Shown piece by piece: positions 48,128-58,359 of a stretch of DNA of 64,000 nucleotides. A model generated the notes under the pieces. It was given only the letters and a program-made list of their open reading frames with translations. It ran no database searches and had not been told where the DNA came from. This DNA comes from Candidatus Hadarchaeota archaeon (GTDB lineage: Archaea > CAYQAE01 > CAYVLA01), in the NCBI GenBank assembly GCA_964621445.1, contig CAZUNO010000016.1, positions 1-64,000 on the forward strand. Reading direction: 5' to 3'. Within the stretch, counting starts at the first letter, position 1, and each line of letters opens with the position of its first letter. The position numbers and the translations under genes were made by a program.

Positions 48128-48426
48128 TGGTGGGTTCGTCGTGGCAGACGGGTTGACCGGTCCTTACCTCGTCTCCGTGACCCTTCAAGCGCCAAACGTC
48201 CTTCCTACCACTGCTCCGTTCCCGGCCTGGTGGGGTTCGGAAAGCTAGGATGGTTACAGCCTCCTTCCGGAGACGGCTCCACCTCCGCCAGCCCTGAAGG
48301 ACGGAGAGTCAACGTTCGGGACTCGGGCCCTATCTACCACTGCCGAACCGCCCAAGGGTTTCGACCCCGCTTATAGGCGATTTCGGGCTACAGGAGACGC
48401 CTAGCCTCCCGCCTAGTCTACTGGGT
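48108..48426 (-). ncRNA. ffs: Archaeal signal recognition particle (7S) RNA
   Basis: Minus strand Alu domain CUAGGCGGGAGGCUAGGCGUCUCCUGUAGCCCGAAAUCGCC; helix 6 with GGAA loop; helix 8 CCGAACCCCACCAGGCCGGGAACGGAGCAGUGGUAGG; helix 1 GUAGAC/GUUUAC; TATA-like CTTAATA at about 48513-48507. Confidence 0.93.
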
Positions 48427-48549
48427 TTGGCCGCTGGCTGCCTCTGTCTTCGGCTCGGCAGCCGTGATCGGCTTCCGTGCCGAGGGACCTACATGAATAA
48501 TCGGGCTATTAAGTCTTACTTGAAACCGGGGCGTGGCCTTGCCCGTGGC

Positions 48550-49632
48550 TCAGGACTGCACGGTGAGATTTCCAACCTCTCGCAGGTCCAGTACCTCGGC
48601 GACGATGAACACTTTCCGGGTTCGGTTAACGCTGAACCTGATTCTAGTTGAGGGCAAATCCTGGGGTATGGTGAGCGAGGAGGTATTGATGACCTCGGAT
48701 CCCTCGATGGTTTTTCCCGCTACTTTGAAGGGATAGGTATCGCTCCCGAACACCGATACCTCCAGGGGCGGCCCATCCGGCGACCCTGAATAAAAGCTGA
48801 CGTTCGTGCCGAATGAGGCCCAGACCTCCAGGAATGCGGTTTCACCTGGATTCACGGTGTTGTTCAGGACGCGAAGGTTGAAGTATGATCTCTGAAGCAC
48901 GTCACGACCAAAGGCAGGCGTAAAATAGGTCTCGATAAAGGCAGCGGAGACCAACATGATTATGACCACCAGGAAGATGGACCATGCCCTCCTGGACCTC
49001 AGTATATTTCCCGCCCGTCGGTGAAAACTGTCCAGATCCCCCTTCTCAAGGAGATGATTTAGATTCACGGCGTGGGCATATCCCAGCGTGGCAGCCAGGA
49101 CTACGGCGGGCAGTTCCAGGATTCCATGGGGCAGGATATATGCAAGGTATATCCAGATGGCCCTTATGTCCAGACCCTGACCGGTGGAGAATAATCCCAG
49201 AACCAGGCCATTCATGAACACCACCGCCAGGGGTAATAGAAAGATGATCAGGGAACGTTCCTTATAGGTTTGGTTGCCCTCGCCCAATAGCCTGTGTATG
49301 AGGTCGGTAAACCTCCCGGTGCTGGCCGGGGTTTGATCCGAGCCCATTGCCCAGCGAACAAGGGCTACCCCGCCAAAGGCGGCGACAAGGGACACGAAGG
49401 TATTATTGACTAGCAGGTACATCGCCGTGACCGCCTCCTCGGTTCCCATGACCGGGGTGAGCGGTCCCTGTATGATTTCCAGGGGCTTGGAGATCCTAAA
49501 GTAGAGAGCATCCTGAAGCAGGGCTAGCAGGGGCTTGAATACCAGGTTGAGGGTCAGGCCGATGATAAGCCCGAGGGCTACGGCGATAAGGAAAACTCTC
49601 GCTGGTCGTATGTAACGGCTAATCTGGGTCAC
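48550..49632 (-). CDS. SpoIIM-family membrane protein with a soluble C-terminal beta domain
   Basis: YLLVNN, FMNGLVLG, ILPHGILELPA, AAFIETY.TP. Confidence 0.8.
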   Translation of the reverse strand: MTQISRYIRPARVFLIAVALGLIIGLTLNLVFKPLLALLQDALYFRISKPLEIIQGPLTPVMGTEEAVTAMYLLVNNTFVSLVAAFGGVALVRWAMGSDQTPASTGRFTDLIHRLLGEGNQTYKERSLIIFLLPLAVVFMNGLVLGLFSTGQGLDIRAIWIYLAYILPHGILELPAVVLAATLGYAHAVNLNHLLEKGDLDSFHRRAGNILRSRRAWSIFLVVIIMLVSAAFIETYFTPAFGRDVLQRSYFNLRVLNNTVNPGETAFLEVWASFGTNVSFYSGSPDGPPLEVSVFGSDTYPFKVAGKTIEGSEVINTSSLTIPQDLPSTRIRFSVNRTRKVFIVAEVLDLREVGNLTVQS

Positions 49633-49661
49633 ATATATTCACTGCTTAGGTGATGTTGGCG

Positions 49662-50678
49662 CTAATTGTCGATGCCTTTTTGCTCCAGCTCACGTTTAAG
49701 GGTATCGGAAAAGGCCTTGGACGCATCCTCGAATTCGTTGGAAACCTCGATACTCTTCATCTTCTCTTCAATCTCGGAGGTGTCCTCCGCTATGTCCTTC
49801 AGGTGTTCCAGAATTTCCCAGGCGACGAAGGTGCGGTTCTTCTCAATGTCGTCCTCGACTTCCTTCATATAGTATTCGAGCGATTGTTCGTTATTACCCA
49901 TCTTCTGGTAGCATTCCGCCGCATTTCTATATCCGTAGGCTGGCTCGTTGGCGTACTCTGCGTCCTTGAGAAATGCATCGGCCCCTTTCTCTACGTCGCC
50001 GGCGCGGACAAATGCCTGCCCGGCCCTTGAAAATCCATCGGAGTATTCCACATGGGCCCTGTCGGTTTCGGCCTCCGCGTGTTTCAGAAAGTACTCTGCG
50101 GATTTCTGGTAGTCCTCGAGCCTGAGGTAGTTCTCGGCCACCTTCCCGTAGTCCCTAGCTACCCTTATTAGGTGTTTTTTCTTCTCACTTATCTTCGTCG
50201 AGCTAAGATAATCATCAATCGCCTTCTGATATTCCTTGGCCCTTTCGAAAGCATCCGCGGCCGCTGCATACATATCGCATGCCCGGGTCGTTCGTCTATC
50301 ATCCTTGGCCTTCTCACCGGCGTTGTGGTAGTTCTCTCCGGCCTTGGCGTAGTGTTTCTCGGCCTCTTCGGGCATTTTCTCCGCCGCTACCCGATAGCCG
50401 TCACCTGCAATGGAGTACCTGGGCACCCTCTCGGCCGCTTTGGCGTAGTTTAGGGAGTGGGTAACGAAATTATCCGTATCTCCCGTCTCCTTGAACAATG
50501 CAGCAGCCCTTCTATACCCGTACATTGCGTTTTTCGGGTTGTCCTCCTGGTGCTGCTGTGCGAACTCCACCCACTTGGGCGCAGCTTCCTTTGGGGGAAG
50601 GCCTGCCGTTTTCCTTTCATATTTCTCCAGGCTTGGCTTGCTCGACAAAGCGGACTTGATTCCCGATAGAATTCCCAT
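49662..50678 (-). CDS. SNAP/TPR-like helical repeat protein
   Basis: Repeated A...Y..AA..F/Y.......KA...Y pattern; start MGILSGIK follows a GGAGG SD. Confidence 0.7.
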   Translation of the reverse strand: MGILSGIKSALSSKPSLEKYERKTAGLPPKEAAPKWVEFAQQHQEDNPKNAMYGYRRAAALFKETGDTDNFVTHSLNYAKAAERVPRYSIAGDGYRVAAEKMPEEAEKHYAKAGENYHNAGEKAKDDRRTTRACDMYAAAADAFERAKEYQKAIDDYLSSTKISEKKKHLIRVARDYGKVAENYLRLEDYQKSAEYFLKHAEAETDRAHVEYSDGFSRAGQAFVRAGDVEKGADAFLKDAEYANEPAYGYRNAAECYQKMGNNEQSLEYYMKEVEDDIEKNRTFVAWEILEHLKDIAEDTSEIEEKMKSIEVSNEFEDASKAFSDTLKRELEQKGIDN

Positions 50679-50680
50679 GT

Positions 50681-51094
50681 TCAGATCTCCTCCCATATAT
50701 CTTCTTTCAGAAAGGCCGGAAGATCCTCGACAATTTTAGCATCTGCAACCAGTTGGGCCCTATCCTTGGAGACCTTGTCGTAGACGGACCGGGACTTACT
50801 GATAACCTCATCTCGTCCGAATACGTAACCCAGACTGTCAACGATGGCCTTGGTCAGGCTGTTGAAGCCGTTTTTCATGACTTCCACATCGGCTGACATG
50901 TCCTGGGCAACCAACTCTCCATTCTTGACCTCAACCGCCTCCAGGAATCTATGATCTTCTCTGGTGCTTTGGAGCGCTGGCTGGACCAAAACGTCTATTG
51001 CTTGCTCACCAATTTTTCCCGAGTAGTTGGACATGGTCTCGTTCAAAACCGACGAGTAGAAATCGATAATTTCGTCCGTAACTGCCAAATACAA
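50681..51094 (-). CDS. Small helical hypothetical protein (start probably TTG 51088)
   Basis: Strong AAGGAGG SD; 2 bp gap to the SNAP-like gene. Confidence 0.65.
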   Translation of the reverse strand: MYLAVTDEIIDFYSSVLNETMSNYSGKIGEQAIDVLVQPALQSTREDHRFLEAVEVKNGELVAQDMSADVEVMKNGFNSLTKAIVDSLGYVFGRDEVISKSRSVYDKVSKDRAQLVADAKIVEDLPAFLKEDIWEEI

Positions 51095-51359
51095 TCCTCC
51101 TTTGAGGTTTCCGCGTCCCGAAACTCTCCTAAGCTTGCCCCGAGGTCGGAACCTTCACAGTGGACCTATTATAGCCGCCCCTTTCGACTGATAAATGTGT
51201 TTTTGATGAGACCCTTACTGCGGGATAATTAATCCTATGAGGAGCCACATTCCGTTTTCGGGTCCATCAGGAGCCCCTGATTTGCTAGAGGGCGGTAAGG
51301 AAGTCGGTTAGACTTTTTAAGAGAGCCCCCGCTAAATGAAGAAACCAGGGGATTTCTGA

Positions 51360-52763
51360 TTGGACTGGCGTGCATCGTATATGGAGGCCTTGAACCGTTT
51401 CGGATCCAACCATCCACTTCCAAGAGGGGTAGGAGTAGCTTTCAACACCAATATAGATGGGATAATCCATCTCGATGGCCAGCGGATACAGGGCTTAATG
51501 TCTCAGAACAGAGAGATATCCGATCAGGCATTTCATAACCGGTCCCAGGCCCCAGATCAAATTAAGAACCCGGTTGACGTGATGATCGCTCTTCTAAACC
51601 TCCTGGAAAGGGGGGCGGGCGGGGAATATATGGTTCATGACAGGGATATCTACCAATGGTTGGTTTCAAGCCTTGGCATAGACAGGTTTCGCATGGGGGG
51701 AAACGCCGGAATAATGGCCAACGCTCTTAGCAGGCTGGGGGCAGGGTTCGTGATCCCTCATGCAGTTCAGCTGCCCAGGAAACAGGCCGAGCTTTTCCTG
51801 GATGAGGATAATATACTGCTGCCGGTTCCGGTGGACGGAGATGTGAGCTTCGCCCATCCTGCCCAGGCAGCCCGAGACGATGAGCAACTCGTTCATCTAA
51901 TTCTCGAGTTCAAGGAGGGCACCAGGATACGTTGGGATGGGGAGGAGTTGCAGTGCCCTAGGAACAACCGTCTAATCATCAACGCCGATCAGTACAATGG
52001 GAGGGTGGCGGTGGACCCGGCCTTCGTTAAGGGGGTTGAACGGAAGGTGCGGGACATGGATAAGTTCATACTTACCGGTCTTCATATGCTTAACAGGGAA
52101 TACCCGGATGGTTCAACCCATGTTGACCGGCTTGAAGAGGCTTTGGGGTATATCGAGAACTGGAGGGGAATGAATCCCGATCTAAAGGTCCATTTTGAGC
52201 TGGCGGATATTCGGGATGAGGCCATCCGGGGGGAGGTCCTTAAGCGTACCAGTAGAATTTCGGATTCAATAGGAATGAATGAGGATGAGCTATCCATGAT
52301 ACTCGGCCGTGAAGACCTCTTGGCTGGCCCGGCATCGATCTTAGAAGCCATGATGGATTTCCAGTCAACATACGGGTTCGCCAAAACCATGCTTCACAGC
52401 AAGGACTTCGTGGTATCACTAGTATCCGAGTATTACGGGGTGAGCCCGTCCGCGGTTGCCGATGCCCAGATGGTGGGCATTGCCTCCTCCCAGAATAGAG
52501 CTAACAGCGGCGAGTTCGGATCAGTCGAGGACCTGGTCAATCTCGTATCATCATCGAGGTTAGCTCTCTCCCGGGCTGGCGAGGAATTGTACCGCCGGTT
52601 CAGCGATCTGGGAGATCCGGTTAGAGAGGGGATATGGAAGCTAGACGGGGGCCCGATTCACGTGGTGATGACTCCCTGCTTGCTCTCCAAGAAAACTCGG
52701 AATACGGTTGGATTGGGCGACTGTCTCACCGCGGGCTGTGTGATCAGCGAGATAGAGAGGTGA
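51360..52763 (+). CDS. ADP-dependent glucokinase/phosphofructokinase
   Basis: FNTNIDG, RMGGNAGIMAN, VHLILEF, PRNNR, H.ELA, S.GMNE.E, TVGLGD. Confidence 0.9.
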   Translation: MDWRASYMEALNRFGSNHPLPRGVGVAFNTNIDGIIHLDGQRIQGLMSQNREISDQAFHNRSQAPDQIKNPVDVMIALLNLLERGAGGEYMVHDRDIYQWLVSSLGIDRFRMGGNAGIMANALSRLGAGFVIPHAVQLPRKQAELFLDEDNILLPVPVDGDVSFAHPAQAARDDEQLVHLILEFKEGTRIRWDGEELQCPRNNRLIINADQYNGRVAVDPAFVKGVERKVRDMDKFILTGLHMLNREYPDGSTHVDRLEEALGYIENWRGMNPDLKVHFELADIRDEAIRGEVLKRTSRISDSIGMNEDELSMILGREDLLAGPASILEAMMDFQSTYGFAKTMLHSKDFVVSLVSEYYGVSPSAVADAQMVGIASSQNRANSGEFGSVEDLVNLVSSSRLALSRAGEELYRRFSDLGDPVREGIWKLDGGPIHVVMTPCLLSKKTRNTVGLGDCLTAGCVISEIER

Positions 52764-52770
52764 CGTGTAG

Positions 52771-53355
52771 ATGTACCTAGCCATCGGAGGCATAGACGGT
52801 TGCGGCAAGAGTACCCTGCGGCGCAGGTTGGTTAGCCACCTCGATTCCAGGGGGATGGAGGTGGTTGGTTTCTCCGAACCCTATCACCCGTTCGTAAAGG
52901 AGTTACTGGAGACAACCGAGAGTGCATGGACCGATGTCCTCCTTTTCGCCCTCGATCGATGGATGCTAAAGCCAAAGCTGGAATCCTGGATAGAGGAGGA
53001 CAGGACCCTCATTGCCAGCCGGTCCATCTACTGCTCGTTGGCCTACCAGGGGGCCCAGGGGCTTTCCTGGGAGGAGATTCTTAATGCCAACAACTGGAAG
53101 GAGCTGATCCTTCCCGACGTATTCCTACTGGTTGATATAGATCCAAGCACGGCCATGTCCAGGGCTTCGGGAAGGGAAAAATTCGAGAAGAGGGGTTTCC
53201 TTAGAAAGGTTAGGAGGGAGTACATGAGGATCTATAGCTCCCGCGATGAATTTCCCAGCCAAATGCTGTTGGTGGATTCGAGTGGATCCTCCGAGCAGAC
53301 CTTTAAACGGGCCATGGATTCCCTCCGAGATTTCCTTCCTCTTGGCGACCGGTAG
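52771..53355 (+). CDS. tmk: Thymidylate kinase
   Basis: GIDGCGKST, EP, LFALDR, SLAYQG, PD...LVD, FEK..FL.KVR..Y. Confidence 0.9.
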   Translation: MYLAIGGIDGCGKSTLRRRLVSHLDSRGMEVVGFSEPYHPFVKELLETTESAWTDVLLFALDRWMLKPKLESWIEEDRTLIASRSIYCSLAYQGAQGLSWEEILNANNWKELILPDVFLLVDIDPSTAMSRASGREKFEKRGFLRKVRREYMRIYSSRDEFPSQMLLVDSSGSSEQTFKRAMDSLRDFLPLGDR

Positions 53356-53595
53356 TTGAAGCATTACGCCGGGTTCCCAAGCTCAGAAGTATGTATAATT
53401 TGACAGCTGAGGTCAGAACTTTTTGAATAGGATGATATATGAGGCGACTTCTCGGCCAGAGTGGGGGCATAAATTCCAGAGATTCCTGGATATTTCAGAT
53501 AACAAATCTCCGCTTTAGGGAAACGTTTGGTTGGGGGAACTCAATGTTCCCTTAACATCCCTTATACTACAAATCATCTATCAATTCATAACATC

Positions 53596-53787
53596 ATGGA
53601 CCATAATATGACCAAGGAAAGTGAAAGGCGGCTGGCCGGTCTTCACATCACCATATCCAACATAAAGGACAGGGAGGACAGCAAGGTGCCCAGATCTGCG
53701 TTGAAGTCCATAGTAGATCGTGTTTCGGATGCAATAGAGGAGATAGGTCTCAAGGCACGCGTGGAGGCCTCCGAGAACAGGGGTTGA
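53596..53787 (+). CDS. Small hypothetical protein (~60 aa)
   Basis: ORF after TATA-like CTTATAC (53561); fills the gap up to a convergent gene. Confidence 0.45.
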   Translation: MDHNMTKESERRLAGLHITISNIKDREDSKVPRSALKSIVDRVSDAIEEIGLKARVEASENRG

Positions 53788-53794
53788 AATGGCT

Positions 53795-54844
53795 CTATAA
53801 CTCGCCCAACCGCTCTAGTATGCGGAGATAATTACCAGGAATTCCCCCCCTTTCCACCATCCGCCTAAGATGTTCCTCCCTGTGCTCCCTAGCTCTTTCG
53901 CTCAAGGAGGATCGATTCGGTTCGAAGTACTGGCCGGTTTCATACCTGGCGGTCTCACGGTCCCATTTCTCGGATATGATGCCAAAGAAAGTTGATGAGA
54001 GAAATGAAATGGTTGCTAGTACTAATGTGGGGTTGGCGTATTCCATAAATTGAAGGGATACCCAACCGAGAACGGTAATGGCCAGAAGATAGATGAGGGA
54101 ACCGGAAAGGGAGGTCAGTATTCGCCTCCTCTTGGTCTTTTTCCAGGTCTCATCAAAACGTGCGATGAAGTCCTGATCCCCCTCCGGGGGCAGAACCACA
54201 TCGGCGACGGGTTGAACTGCGGCAATATCCCTATTTCGGGTGGAGGGACCGGCCGCAACCAGCCTCTTTCCCTCTCCAGGGGATTCGGTTACATCCTGGA
54301 TGGCGGTTACCGTGGGCAAAAAGGCCTTGTTCCCGGTTTCATCTACCAGCCACACGTTATAGATGGTGGACCCAAATCTCCTCCCTCTGGTACGGGTTTC
54401 GTATATGTATCCGCTGACCTTGCACATGGAATCCGTCTCGATATCCCCGAGGGAATCCATCATCGGAACTTCCTCCAGAATGCGGCGTCTCCTTCCATGG
54501 GTTAGGTTCATGATGACCAGGCTAGGGATTATTCTTAGGAGGGCTAGAAGAACCAACATCCACCAGACCCCATTCACCATGGCCCAGATTCCCCAGAATA
54601 TGAACAGGAAGGTGAAGGGAACGGAAATTAGGTTGGTGAGCCTCCGAAACCGGAAGTAGGAATGCTGGCGTGGAAAATCCAGAAAGACCTCGGGCTCCTC
54701 GCTGGGGAATAGGTAGAATACGACCCCGGACAGGAGAAAGGCAATACCAAGATAGCCTATTTCCGGCCGGGGATATGCAAATAGAGCCATTATACTTACC
54801 AGAAGCCCGATAATCGAACCGCGGAGCCCATATTTCCTAATCAC
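53795..54844 (-). CDS. Multi-TM membrane protein with an internal OB-fold-like domain
   Basis: About four TMs, then CKVSGYIYE...VWLVDETG...LVAAG, then two more TMs. Confidence 0.6.
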   Translation of the reverse strand: MIRKYGLRGSIIGLLVSIMALFAYPRPEIGYLGIAFLLSGVVFYLFPSEEPEVFLDFPRQHSYFRFRRLTNLISVPFTFLFIFWGIWAMVNGVWWMLVLLALLRIIPSLVIMNLTHGRRRRILEEVPMMDSLGDIETDSMCKVSGYIYETRTRGRRFGSTIYNVWLVDETGNKAFLPTVTAIQDVTESPGEGKRLVAAGPSTRNRDIAAVQPVADVVLPPEGDQDFIARFDETWKKTKRRRILTSLSGSLIYLLAITVLGWVSLQFMEYANPTLVLATISFLSSTFFGIISEKWDRETARYETGQYFEPNRSSLSERAREHREEHLRRMVERGGIPGNYLRILERLGEL

Positions 54845-54903
54845 ATATTGGCTTTGGACTGGAGGCTGGTAAGTCTTCCCATTTTAGGGGCAAGAGTTAT
54901 TTT

Positions 54904-55662
54904 TTGTCCAAATACATCCCATCCGAAATGGCTGACAGGGATATCTTCGGGCAGGTGATCGTCCACCATTACGAGGGGAGTCAGGACCGCCCTTGCCTGA
55001 TAGAAAGGGACGATGGGTTCGTGTGGAGGGAACCAATGTTACCCTATTTCTGCAGGAGGAAGGATTGGACTCCCGAGGAAAAGTTGTTTCTATCCCATGC
55101 CGGATCCCGGATACTTGATGTTGGATGTGGCCCTGGTCGGCATTTGCTCGATCTCCAGGAGGATTCACTGGCGGTCGGTCTGGATCGTTCCATCAGGGTT
55201 TTAAGGGTGTGTCAGGACAGAGGGGGCGATAACCTGGTGCTGGCATCCGCAGATAGGTTACCATTCAAGTCTGGGGTATTTGACACCGCGCTCTTCATGA
55301 GCAACGGGCTGGGAATATCGGGCGCGATGGAGGAGACCAGGGAGATGATATCCGAGGCGGGGAGAGTTCTCTCCCAGGGGGAGGGCAAGCTCATAGCCCA
55401 TTCCACAGACCCCAGGGATCCTAATTCAGGCCTGGGTGAGTCCTATATATCAAGAAACCGGGGGAAAGGCAGGGAACCGGGGCTGCTTCGCATCCGCCTG
55501 AGGTATGGCGACCTGGCCGGTCCCTGGTTCGATCTTCTTCTTCTTACGAGAGATGAGGTCAAGGACCTGTTGGCTAAAACTGGTTTCAAACTGGTAAAGG
55601 AGGCCGATTGGGGTCCTTCATGGACCGGTTCCCAACTATATCTAGCCGAAAAACATCGGTAA
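54904..55662 (+). CDS. Class I SAM-dependent methyltransferase
   Basis: ILDVGCGPGRH, GLD.S, LPF...FD. Confidence 0.85.
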   Translation: MSKYIPSEMADRDIFGQVIVHHYEGSQDRPCLIERDDGFVWREPMLPYFCRRKDWTPEEKLFLSHAGSRILDVGCGPGRHLLDLQEDSLAVGLDRSIRVLRVCQDRGGDNLVLASADRLPFKSGVFDTALFMSNGLGISGAMEETREMISEAGRVLSQGEGKLIAHSTDPRDPNSGLGESYISRNRGKGREPGLLRIRLRYGDLAGPWFDLLLLTRDEVKDLLAKTGFKLVKEADWGPSWTGSQLYLAEKHR

Positions 55663-55783
55663 ACGGAACTTTGTGCAGGATTTTATCCTCGTGAAATGAC
55701 TTTGAAAAAACCAAGGAGTATGGATAAATTAAAAACTTGCCTTGCCTATTCCGGTTAGTAATTTTTCCGGCGAGGTCTTCAAC

Positions 55784-56452
55784 ATGACCAAAGAGGATGA
55801 GGATCTGCGTGAGCAGGAGGAACAGGAGAAGGATGCGGACCGCATCCAGGACCAGGAATCCAGCGAAGAGGAATCCAAGGAGGAGACGGATTCAGCGGAG
55901 GGGAAGAGCGAGGAGCCCAGCGAAAAGGACCAGAGAATCCAGGAGATAAAGGCAAAGCTCGAGAAAACCCAGTCCGAACTAGAGGAGCAGACCGAGAAGG
56001 CAGAGGACCACCTTGAAAGGCTTATGAGGCTCCAAGCAGAATTTGAGAATTACAGGAAGAGAGTGGAAAGGGAGAAACAGGAATACATCAAGTATGCATC
56101 GGAATCAATCGTCAGCGAACTGATCGATGTGGCCGAGAACCTGGAGAGAGCCGTCGAGGCCTCTGGCAATAACGGCAAGAACGGTGACCAGGATTCGCTG
56201 GTACACGGGGTGGAAATGACCCTTAAACAACTGAAGGACATCCTGAGCAAGGAGGGCCTCTCTGCCATAGAGAGCGTCGGAAAACGATTCGATCCAAATT
56301 ATCATGAAGCGGTTGGTCGGGTGGATACCGATGAGGCAGAGAAGGATACCGTCGTTAGGGAGATCGGGAAAGGCTATACCCTCAACTCCAAAGTTATAAG
56401 ACCGGCTAAGGTACAGGTTTCATCCGGAAAAAGAAAAGAAGAAGAGGAATAA
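55784..56452 (+). CDS. grpE: Nucleotide exchange factor GrpE
   Basis: [24 protein letters not shown]...VIRPA.V.V. Confidence 0.95.
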   Translation: MTKEDEDLREQEEQEKDADRIQDQESSEEESKEETDSAEGKSEEPSEKDQRIQEIKAKLEKTQSELEEQTEKAEDHLERLMRLQAEFENYRKRVEREKQEYIKYASESIVSELIDVAENLERAVEASGNNGKNGDQDSLVHGVEMTLKQLKDILSKEGLSAIESVGKRFDPNYHEAVGRVDTDEAEKDTVVREIGKGYTLNSKVIRPAKVQVSSGKRKEEEE

Positions 56453-56463
56453 GAGGTGTTACA

Positions 56464-58338
56464 TTGGGAAAGATACTCGGAATAGATCTTGGAACTACAA
56501 ACTCGCAATGTGCGGTTCTGGAAGGCGGAAAACCGACCATAGTTCCCTCGGCGGAGGGGCCAACCTATGCTGGAAAGATGTTCCCCTCCGCAGTGTGCTT
56601 TACGGAGGATGGCCAGGTATTGGTCGGCGAACCGGCCCGCAGACAGGCCTCCATGAAGCCGGACAGGACGATAGTTGGCATAAAGAGAAAGATGGGAACC
56701 GACTACAAGGTGAAGATCGACGACAAAGAATATACCCCACAGGAGATATCGGCCAGGATTCTACGCAAGATAAAGGACGATGCCACTGATTTCCTGGGAG
56801 AGGAGGCAAAACAGGCGGTGATAACGGTTCCCGCATACTTCAATGACAATCAAAGGCAGGCAACCAAGGATGCGGGAGAGATAGCAGGGCTCGAGGTTCT
56901 GAGAATAGTAAACGAGCCAACTGCCGCTGCTTTGGCATACGGCCTGGACAAGGAAGGAAGCCTTAAGGTGACCATCCTGGACGTGGGAGGGGGGACCTTC
57001 GACGTCACCATAATGGATATAGGGGAAGGAGTTTTCGAGGTCCTTTCCACCAGCGGTGATACCCAGCTCGGGGGCAGCGACATGGATCAGAAGGTCGTCG
57101 AATGGATAGTTGACAGGTTCGAAGAGGAGAACGGAATAGATCTCCGTGAGGACCAGACGGCCATGCAAAGAGTTCGTGAGGGTGCGGAAAAGGCTAAGAT
57201 AGAGCTGTCGAACACGGTTACCTCCCAGATAAGCCTGCCCTTCATCGCCAGCGATGATCAGGGACCGAAGAACCTGGAGATAGAGCTCACCCGTGCCAAG
57301 CTGGAGGAGCTCATAGACCCAGTCCTGGACCAGCTTGAGCCACCAATTCGAACCGCGCTTAAGGACTCCAAGCTAACACCGGATGATGTTGATAAGATAA
57401 TCCTGGTTGGAGGACCAACCAGGATGCCCTCCGTTAGGGAGAGGTTCTCCAACATACTGGGAACCAAGCCCGAGAGGGGAATCGATCCAATGGAGTGCGT
57501 TGCCATGGGAGCGGCCATCCAGGGCGGAGTTCTCTCCGGAGAGGTAAAGGATGTGTTGTTGCTGGATGTGACTCCTCTGACCCTGGGCATAGAGACCCTG
57601 GGCGGGGTATTCACCAAGCTGATCGAGCGAAATACCACCATACCGACCAGGAAGAGCAAGATATTCAGCACGGCGGCCGATAACCAGACCAGCGTTGAGA
57701 TCCACGTGCTCCAGGGAGAGAGGGAAATGGCCCAGGACAACATCTCCCTGGGCAAATTCACCCTTGTGGGAATTCCTCCCGCTCCCCGAGGCGTGCCACA
57801 GATCGAGGTGACCTTCGATATAGATGCAAACGGCATCCTTAACGTGAGCGCCAAGGATCTGGGAACCGGGAAGGAACAGAAGATCACCATAAGCGCCTCC
57901 ACAAAGCTGGGTGATGATGAAATCGACAGGATGATGAAGGAGGCCGATAAGCACTCCGAGGAGGACAAGAAGAGGCGGGAGTTGGCAGAGGCCAGGAACA
58001 ATGCGGACAGCGCCGTGTACTCGGCCGAGAAGACGCTCAAGGAGATGGAGGACAAGATCAGCGACGATCAGAAATCCTCTATCGAGAAGGGCGTGGAGTC
58101 GGTAAAGGAGGCCATGTCCAGCGAGGACGTTTCAAAGATCAATGAAAGTGTGGAGGAACTCAACAAGTCTCTGCACGAGGTTTCATCCAAGATATACCAG
58201 GAGGCGGCAGCCGAGGCTGCGAAACAGGGCGAGGCCGAGCAGGGCGAGAAAGAGGAAAATAAATCCGGTCAGGCCGGCAAGCAAGGCGATGAATTCGTGG
58301 ACGCCGATTACGAGGTAATGGATGACGAAGAGGAATGA
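56464..58338 (+). CDS. dnaK: Chaperone DnaK (Hsp70)
   Basis: [38 protein letters not shown]. Confidence 0.98.
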   Translation: MGKILGIDLGTTNSQCAVLEGGKPTIVPSAEGPTYAGKMFPSAVCFTEDGQVLVGEPARRQASMKPDRTIVGIKRKMGTDYKVKIDDKEYTPQEISARILRKIKDDATDFLGEEAKQAVITVPAYFNDNQRQATKDAGEIAGLEVLRIVNEPTAAALAYGLDKEGSLKVTILDVGGGTFDVTIMDIGEGVFEVLSTSGDTQLGGSDMDQKVVEWIVDRFEEENGIDLREDQTAMQRVREGAEKAKIELSNTVTSQISLPFIASDDQGPKNLEIELTRAKLEELIDPVLDQLEPPIRTALKDSKLTPDDVDKIILVGGPTRMPSVRERFSNILGTKPERGIDPMECVAMGAAIQGGVLSGEVKDVLLLDVTPLTLGIETLGGVFTKLIERNTTIPTRKSKIFSTAADNQTSVEIHVLQGEREMAQDNISLGKFTLVGIPPAPRGVPQIEVTFDIDANGILNVSAKDLGTGKEQKITISASTKLGDDEIDRMMKEADKHSEEDKKRRELAEARNNADSAVYSAEKTLKEMEDKISDDQKSSIEKGVESVKEAMSSEDVSKINESVEELNKSLHEVSSKIYQEAAAEAAKQGEAEQGEKEENKSGQAGKQGDEFVDADYEVMDDEEE

Positions 58339-58359
58339 TCACAGCCTGGGTGTTACTGA

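Noticed and set aside
51200-51362. C/D-box sRNA candidates (TGATGA...CTGA; ATGAAGA...CTGA)
   Set aside because: Box spacing is atypical and I could not identify an rRNA or tRNA target; the region doubles as divergent promoters.
57258-58055. 265-aa and other minus-strand ORFs opposite dnaK
   Set aside because: Typical antisense shadow ORFs of Hsp70 genes caused by codon bias; no protein motifs.
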